A DNA stretch of 63,991 nucleotides, counting the filler, from an uncultured bacterium (GTDB lineage Bacteria > Hinthialibacterota > Hinthialibacteria > Hinthialibacterales > Hinthialibacteraceae): NCBI GenBank assembly GCA_964449065.1. It is 10 parts of 10 records of this genome, joined end to end, with 100 filler letters (N's around TTAATTAATTAA, not from the genome) between each part and the next. Parts side by side here need not be neighbours in the genome. Positions count along the whole stretch, not along the records: positions 58,058 to 63,991 come from CAYVAZ010000324.1; 9 more parts are not named here. One strand, written 5' to 3'. Each line of letters starts with the position of its first letter. Position 1 is the first letter of the stretch. A model generated the notes under the pieces. It was not told the origin of the DNA. It worked only from the letters and a program-made list of their open reading frames with translations, and made no database searches. A program made the translations under genes and the position numbers. Below are positions 59,834-63,991 of this stretch, piece after piece.

Positions 59834-60664
59834 ATGTCTGAAGAACTGAAGCCAACCCATTCTCTTTTCGAAAGCAAAAAACGCAATATCCGTTTGGATA
59901 TTGAGTATGATGGCCGGAACTATTGTGGATGGCAATGGCAGCCCAATGAAATCAGCATCGAAGAAAAAGTAAAGCAAGCCGCGGAAGCGATCGCGAACGA
60001 ACCCATCAAACTGCTCTCCTGCGGGCGAACCGATGCGGGCGTTCATGCCGAGCAGCACGTTGCGCACTTCTATTCAACAACAAACGCCCCTTGCATCGGC
60101 ATCATGAAAGGCATCAATACCAGGCTGCCGGATGACATTTCCGTCTATTGCGTCAGCGATATGCCTCCCGGTTGGAGCGCCCGCTATGACCCTTATGAAC
60201 GTGAATACCGCTATTCGTTTTTTTGCAGCCCATCACCATCGGTGCACTTTTTTCACCGTACCTATTGGGTACACAAAGCGTTGGATGTTAATGCCATGAA
60301 TCAAGCCGCTTCGTATTTAGAGGGAGAACACGACTTCGAAGCCTTCCGCAGCACGCATTGCGATGCCGATCATGCCGTACGCTGTTTATTTGAATGCAGG
60401 ATTATAGACCGGGCACCATTGGTGCATCTTATAATTCGCGGCACGGCGTTTCTCCGCCATCAGGTACGAACCGTTGCCGGAACATTGCTTAAAGTCGGGT
60501 TCGGCTCATTTACACCGGAATATGTTCAAGAGATATTGGACTCCAAAGACCGCTCCATGGCCGCGCAGACATTATCCCCAAAAGGCTTAACCCTGGTTGC
60601 GGTACGCTATAAGGAAGATGAAGGTTTAAACCTGGTGCGCCCCTCGATTTTTTCTGTTGAATAA
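59834..60664 (+). CDS. truA: tRNA pseudouridine(38-40) synthase
   Basis: IEYDGRNYCGWQ, GRTDAGVHA, REYRY, GEHDF, FLRHQVR, GLTL. Confidence 0.96.
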   Translation: MSEELKPTHSLFESKKRNIRLDIEYDGRNYCGWQWQPNEISIEEKVKQAAEAIANEPIKLLSCGRTDAGVHAEQHVAHFYSTTNAPCIGIMKGINTRLPDDISVYCVSDMPPGWSARYDPYEREYRYSFFCSPSPSVHFFHRTYWVHKALDVNAMNQAASYLEGEHDFEAFRSTHCDADHAVRCLFECRIIDRAPLVHLIIRGTAFLRHQVRTVAGTLLKVGFGSFTPEYVQEILDSKDRSMAAQTLSPKGLTLVAVRYKEDEGLNLVRPSIFSVE

Positions 60665-62134
60665 CAGATGAAATCCCAATCCGCAAAAGCCAAAGGGAAT
60701 AATAAACCATGACAGCAATAGTGGGTTTTCTTGCGCAAAGCGGATGATCAATAAATCCGCACCGTTATTCATGACCTCTTGCGTATGCAAAACCGGCGAG
60801 GAAAACTGCGGAAGATAGACGGTATACTGCTGTGCCATTGATTTAATCACCGGCTGCATTTCGGTTGGATAGCGCTGGGCGAATTGATCCAAAAAGCCGA
60901 AGATAACTTTCACCGGATCTGCCGATAAACCAATGATTTGAATTAACACGGATATAGAAATCAGCACCACCCAACCGGCTTTCTTTATAAAACTATCCCA
61001 TACTTTTTTGCCATCGAAAAAAGCCGCCGCGAAGATAAACAACAGTGGTGTGATCTGATAAATATGCCGCGGCCCCCAATCCCAACCACCGGCCCAGTTT
61101 TGCCATTTCGACATCACCACAAGATACAGCAAGCAAAGCAGACTTAATCCAACAGTAAACCAAGCGTCTTTTTTGTAGAGTTTCATAATCCCCCACGGGA
61201 AGAAAATCAATAACGGTGAATACAAAAACAAACTCCTGCCGGGGGTAAAGAAAAACCCGTGCAGTCCCACCAATAGCGGAGTAGCGAACTTCACGCCTTC
61301 GGTTTGATCTTCATATCCGGAAGAGAAAAATGAATCAAAGCGGAACTGGTTGTAGAGCAGGATTGTAAGAAATACGATGACAAACGGAGCGGCAAACGAT
61401 AAAAACGCTTTGGGGCGAAAATCCAATTGAAACTGTTCACCTTTTTTGATGAAGAGAATAAACCAAGCCGCGGCAGGCCCTGTTATCAATGTATCCAAAC
61501 GGGTTAACACCGCATACGCCCAAAACAAACCGGCAAACAAAGCCCATTTGGTTTCGGCAGGATCATCCCGAAATTTGAGGAACATAAATAACGAAGCGCT
61601 TAAGCAAAACGCAGTAAGCGGTTCGGTAAAAAGCGTGCGTCCGTGCGGCATCATGTATGTACCAAATGCCAGCAATAAACAAACGGGGATCGTAAACGGA
61701 TTTGATAAACCAATTTTCAGCAAGATTCGCTGAATAAAAACCACGGTCAATGCGGTTATGATCATGGTGAATATTGTCATCCACCAACGCAAAAATGGTG
61801 TTCCTTCATCCGTGCCCGGCGTGATGTTTTCTAAAGAATTCAACGACGTATCTTCTGATGGATCCATCCATCTCCCCAACTCACACCACGCGGCATAGGC
61901 CAAAGGCACCCCCAATCCATACTGCGCATACTCTCTGCCATCGATCCCGGTTTTGCTGGCGAATCCACCTTGGATGGGAGGGATTGCCCCCTTTTGGCCT
62001 TCCAGCAAAGAAAGCGTTGTGCGCAGGTTGATCCGCTCATCCGGCGTGGTTAAAAAATGCGCGGGCGACAGAATGAGATAGACACCCAAAATCAGCAAAA
62101 AAAATCCTATAGATGAAATCCGGTTTTGATTCAT
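60626..62134 (-). CDS. Polytopic membrane protein, GT-C (phospholipid-carrier-dependent glycosyltransferase)-like
   Basis: TPDE acidic loop, YAQYGLG, LFTEP, PGRSLFLYSP, WAGGWDWGPRH. Confidence 0.75.
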   Translation of the reverse strand: MNQNRISSIGFFLLILGVYLILSPAHFLTTPDERINLRTTLSLLEGQKGAIPPIQGGFASKTGIDGREYAQYGLGVPLAYAAWCELGRWMDPSEDTSLNSLENITPGTDEGTPFLRWWMTIFTMIITALTVVFIQRILLKIGLSNPFTIPVCLLLAFGTYMMPHGRTLFTEPLTAFCLSASLFMFLKFRDDPAETKWALFAGLFWAYAVLTRLDTLITGPAAAWFILFIKKGEQFQLDFRPKAFLSFAAPFVIVFLTILLYNQFRFDSFFSSGYEDQTEGVKFATPLLVGLHGFFFTPGRSLFLYSPLLIFFPWGIMKLYKKDAWFTVGLSLLCLLYLVVMSKWQNWAGGWDWGPRHIYQITPLLFIFAAAFFDGKKVWDSFIKKAGWVVLISISVLIQIIGLSADPVKVIFGFLDQFAQRYPTEMQPVIKSMAQQYTVYLPQFSSPVLHTQEVMNNGADLLIIRFAQENPLLLSWFIIPFGFCGLGFHLLFNRKNRGAHQV

Positions 62135-62261
62135 AATAGATTCGGCAATAAATACGCTTGGTTGTGTTGTATTGGAGGCAGTGATATACTTTTTCCCCGC
62201 AAGATATACATCTTTTTTTATATCTGCATCATAGACACATTTCAGTAAAAAGGAAATTCAC

Positions 62262-63005
62262 ATGGCAGGTCATTCAAAGTGGAACAACATCAAACGCAAA
62301 AAAGAAAAGGTTGATGCCGCCCGCGGTAAGGTCTTTACTAAAATCATAAAAGAAATCACCACCGCCGCACGCTTAGGGGGAGGGGATCTGGAAGCCAATC
62401 CCCGCTTGCGCACCGCTGTGGAGGCCGCTAAGGGCGCCAACATGCCAAAGGACAATATTGACAAAGCCATCAAAAAAGGCACCGGTGAACTTCCCGGTGT
62501 CAATTACGAAGAAATGACCTATGAAGGCTATGGCCCTGGTGGCGTGGCCGTGTTTGTGGAAGCTTTGACCGACAACAAAAACCGCACCGCCGGTGAGCTT
62601 CGCCATCTCTTCAGCAAATTCGGTGGGAACATGGGTGAGTCCGGCTGCGTGGGCTGGATGTTTGAGCGCAAAGGTGAAGTGACCATAACCGGCGACTCGT
62701 TCGATGAAGAAAAGGTGATGGAAGACGCCATCGAAGCGGGAGCCACCGATGTGCAGTTTGATGACGGTGCAGCATATATCTATACGGAAATGGAAGAATT
62801 GTTTGAGGTATCCAGTTCCATCAAAGAAAAGGGCTACAATGTTGACGGTGCCGAGCTTACCCGAATACCCGAAACCAACATTAAATTAGAAGGCAAACAG
62901 GCAGAATCCATGCTGAAAATGATGGAATTATTTGAAGACCATGACGACGTGCAAAACGTGTTTGCTAATTTTGATATTCCCGAAGAGGTATTTCAAGACG
63001 CGTAA
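62262..63005 (+). CDS. yebC: YebC/PmpR family protein
   Basis: [41 protein letters not shown]. Confidence 0.97.
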   Translation: MAGHSKWNNIKRKKEKVDAARGKVFTKIIKEITTAARLGGGDLEANPRLRTAVEAAKGANMPKDNIDKAIKKGTGELPGVNYEEMTYEGYGPGGVAVFVEALTDNKNRTAGELRHLFSKFGGNMGESGCVGWMFERKGEVTITGDSFDEEKVMEDAIEAGATDVQFDDGAAYIYTEMEELFEVSSSIKEKGYNVDGAELTRIPETNIKLEGKQAESMLKMMELFEDHDDVQNVFANFDIPEEVFQDA

Positions 63006-63034
63006 TTGGTTGCCGCTGTTGATGAGATAAATAT

Positions 63035-63062
63035 AAGAGCACGTGCCAGGCGTGCTCTTTTG
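63035..63062 (+). terminator. Hairpin between yebC and ruvC
   Basis: AAGAGCACG-tgccagg-CGTGCTCTT followed by a short T run. Confidence 0.45.
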
Positions 63063-63077
63063 CTTTGCAGGATAATT

Positions 63078-63584
63078 ATGAACGATAAACCCTATCGCGT
63101 GTTAGGAATCGACCCGGGCCTGCAAGCCATGGGCTATGGCGTGATTGAAGCGGTTGGACGCAATTCAAGATTGATTACGTATGGTGTTATAAAGACCAAA
63201 GCGGGCGAACCTTTCGAACAGCGGTTAAAGCTTTTGTATGATGGAATCTCTGAAGTGATACAAAATCACCACCCCCACCATTCCGCGTTTGAAAAGTTAA
63301 TCTATGCAAAAAACGTAACCATAGCATTGCAGTTGGGGCAAGCCCGTGGGGCCGCTATCACGGCGGTCGCAAACCACAACCTGCCGATGAGTGAATATAA
63401 CCCGACGGAAATCAAATCGGCTATCGTTGGAAGAGGACGCGCGGGAAAAGATCAAATCCAACACATGGTCAAAATTCTCTTGGGCTTGCAGGATGTCCCC
63501 GAACCGAACCACGCAGCCGATGCCTTGGCGGCAGCGTTAACCTATGTGCACACAAAAATCGTGGATGAGAAACTTATGAGGTAG
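63078..63584 (+). CDS. ruvC: Holliday junction resolvase
   Basis: VLGIDPG, FEK, LGQARG, EYNPTEIK, G.G.A.K.Q, HAADALA. Confidence 0.95.
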   Translation: MNDKPYRVLGIDPGLQAMGYGVIEAVGRNSRLITYGVIKTKAGEPFEQRLKLLYDGISEVIQNHHPHHSAFEKLIYAKNVTIALQLGQARGAAITAVANHNLPMSEYNPTEIKSAIVGRGRAGKDQIQHMVKILLGLQDVPEPNHAADALAAALTYVHTKIVDEKLMR

Positions 63585-63586
63585 AC

Positions 63587-63892
63587 TTATTTTCTTTTTC
63601 CCAGCCATTTGGCAAACGATGACGGGCTTTCATTGGATTGTTTGCCTAACAATATACCTTCTACTCCCAAATCTTCATCTAAGTCCGGCCAATGAATGCC
63701 ATAACCTGCACCGCTGATTTTAAAATTTTGACGTTCATCTTCCGTTCCATACGAAAGACGGGGATACCAACCTATCGGAACCGATATAGTACGTCCATCT
63801 TCTAAATCAACCGTTAACGTTTCATCAGTAATAGCGACACCAATTATCTTAGATAATTTAAGCGCTTCCGCTACAGAAAGAGTCCCACTCAT
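63587..63892 (-). CDS. DUF2442 protein (putative antitoxin)
   Basis: LTVDLEDGRTISVPIGWYPRL, GIHWPDLDEDL. Confidence 0.9.
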   Translation of the reverse strand: MSGTLSVAEALKLSKIIGVAITDETLTVDLEDGRTISVPIGWYPRLSYGTEDERQNFKISGAGYGIHWPDLDEDLGVEGILLGKQSNESPSSFAKWLGKRK

Positions 63893-63991
63893 TTCTCAAT
63901 AACTCCATATGATCTTTTACGATTTTTTCTATGTCCCTTAATTCTTTTCTATTAAATCCAAAACTTTTTGATACGGAAACATCTGGATCAA
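63858..63991 (-). CDS. DUF4160 protein, C-terminal part (putative toxin)
   Basis: Manual translation DPDVSVSKSFGFNRKELRDIEKIVKDHMELLRNEWDSFCSGSA*, overlapping the DUF2442 start. Confidence 0.75.
   Translation of the reverse strand, partial: DPDVSVSKSFGFNRKELRDIEKIVKDHMELLRNEWDSFCSGSA

Overview
This window is not one locus. It is ten short assembly contigs of about 6.2-6.5 kb, in descending size order, joined by artificial 100-bp spacers (44 N + TTAATTAATTAA + 44 N), with one extra 100-N scaffold gap at 24268-24367. Nine contigs look like one moderate-GC diderm bacterium rich in secreted proteins (DUF1080, DUF5060, CRTAC1/ASPIC, cohesin, LRR). A Hinthialibacterota/Sumerlaeota-like or PVC-like genome bin is my inference, not a determination. 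These nine carry nrfHA (NrfA with a CXXCH first heme), tRNA-Val-thrS-infC-rpmI-rplT, a PHP-GT4 fusion, an RND efflux operon, rnhA, truA, yebC-ruvC, glycosyltransferases and several dispersed MITE/REP repeat families that cause most contig breaks. Contig 51726-57957 is high-GC with alphaproteobacterial gene order (plsX-fabH-ihfA-merR-tRNA-Pro, GGDEF-EAL, tRNA-Asp plus an IS3-truncated integrase) and is probably a binning contaminant. The best leads are a CHAT (caspase-like) protease fused to about 7 TM helices and a TPR-like tail, an AT-rich SDH/ClpP-fold protease with a coupled small ORF, a candidate C-terminal V-x-x-W-x-L-Y sorting motif, and three MITE families carrying REP-like palindromes, one inserted into a REP loop with an 8-bp target duplication. 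No CRISPR array or rRNA was seen.
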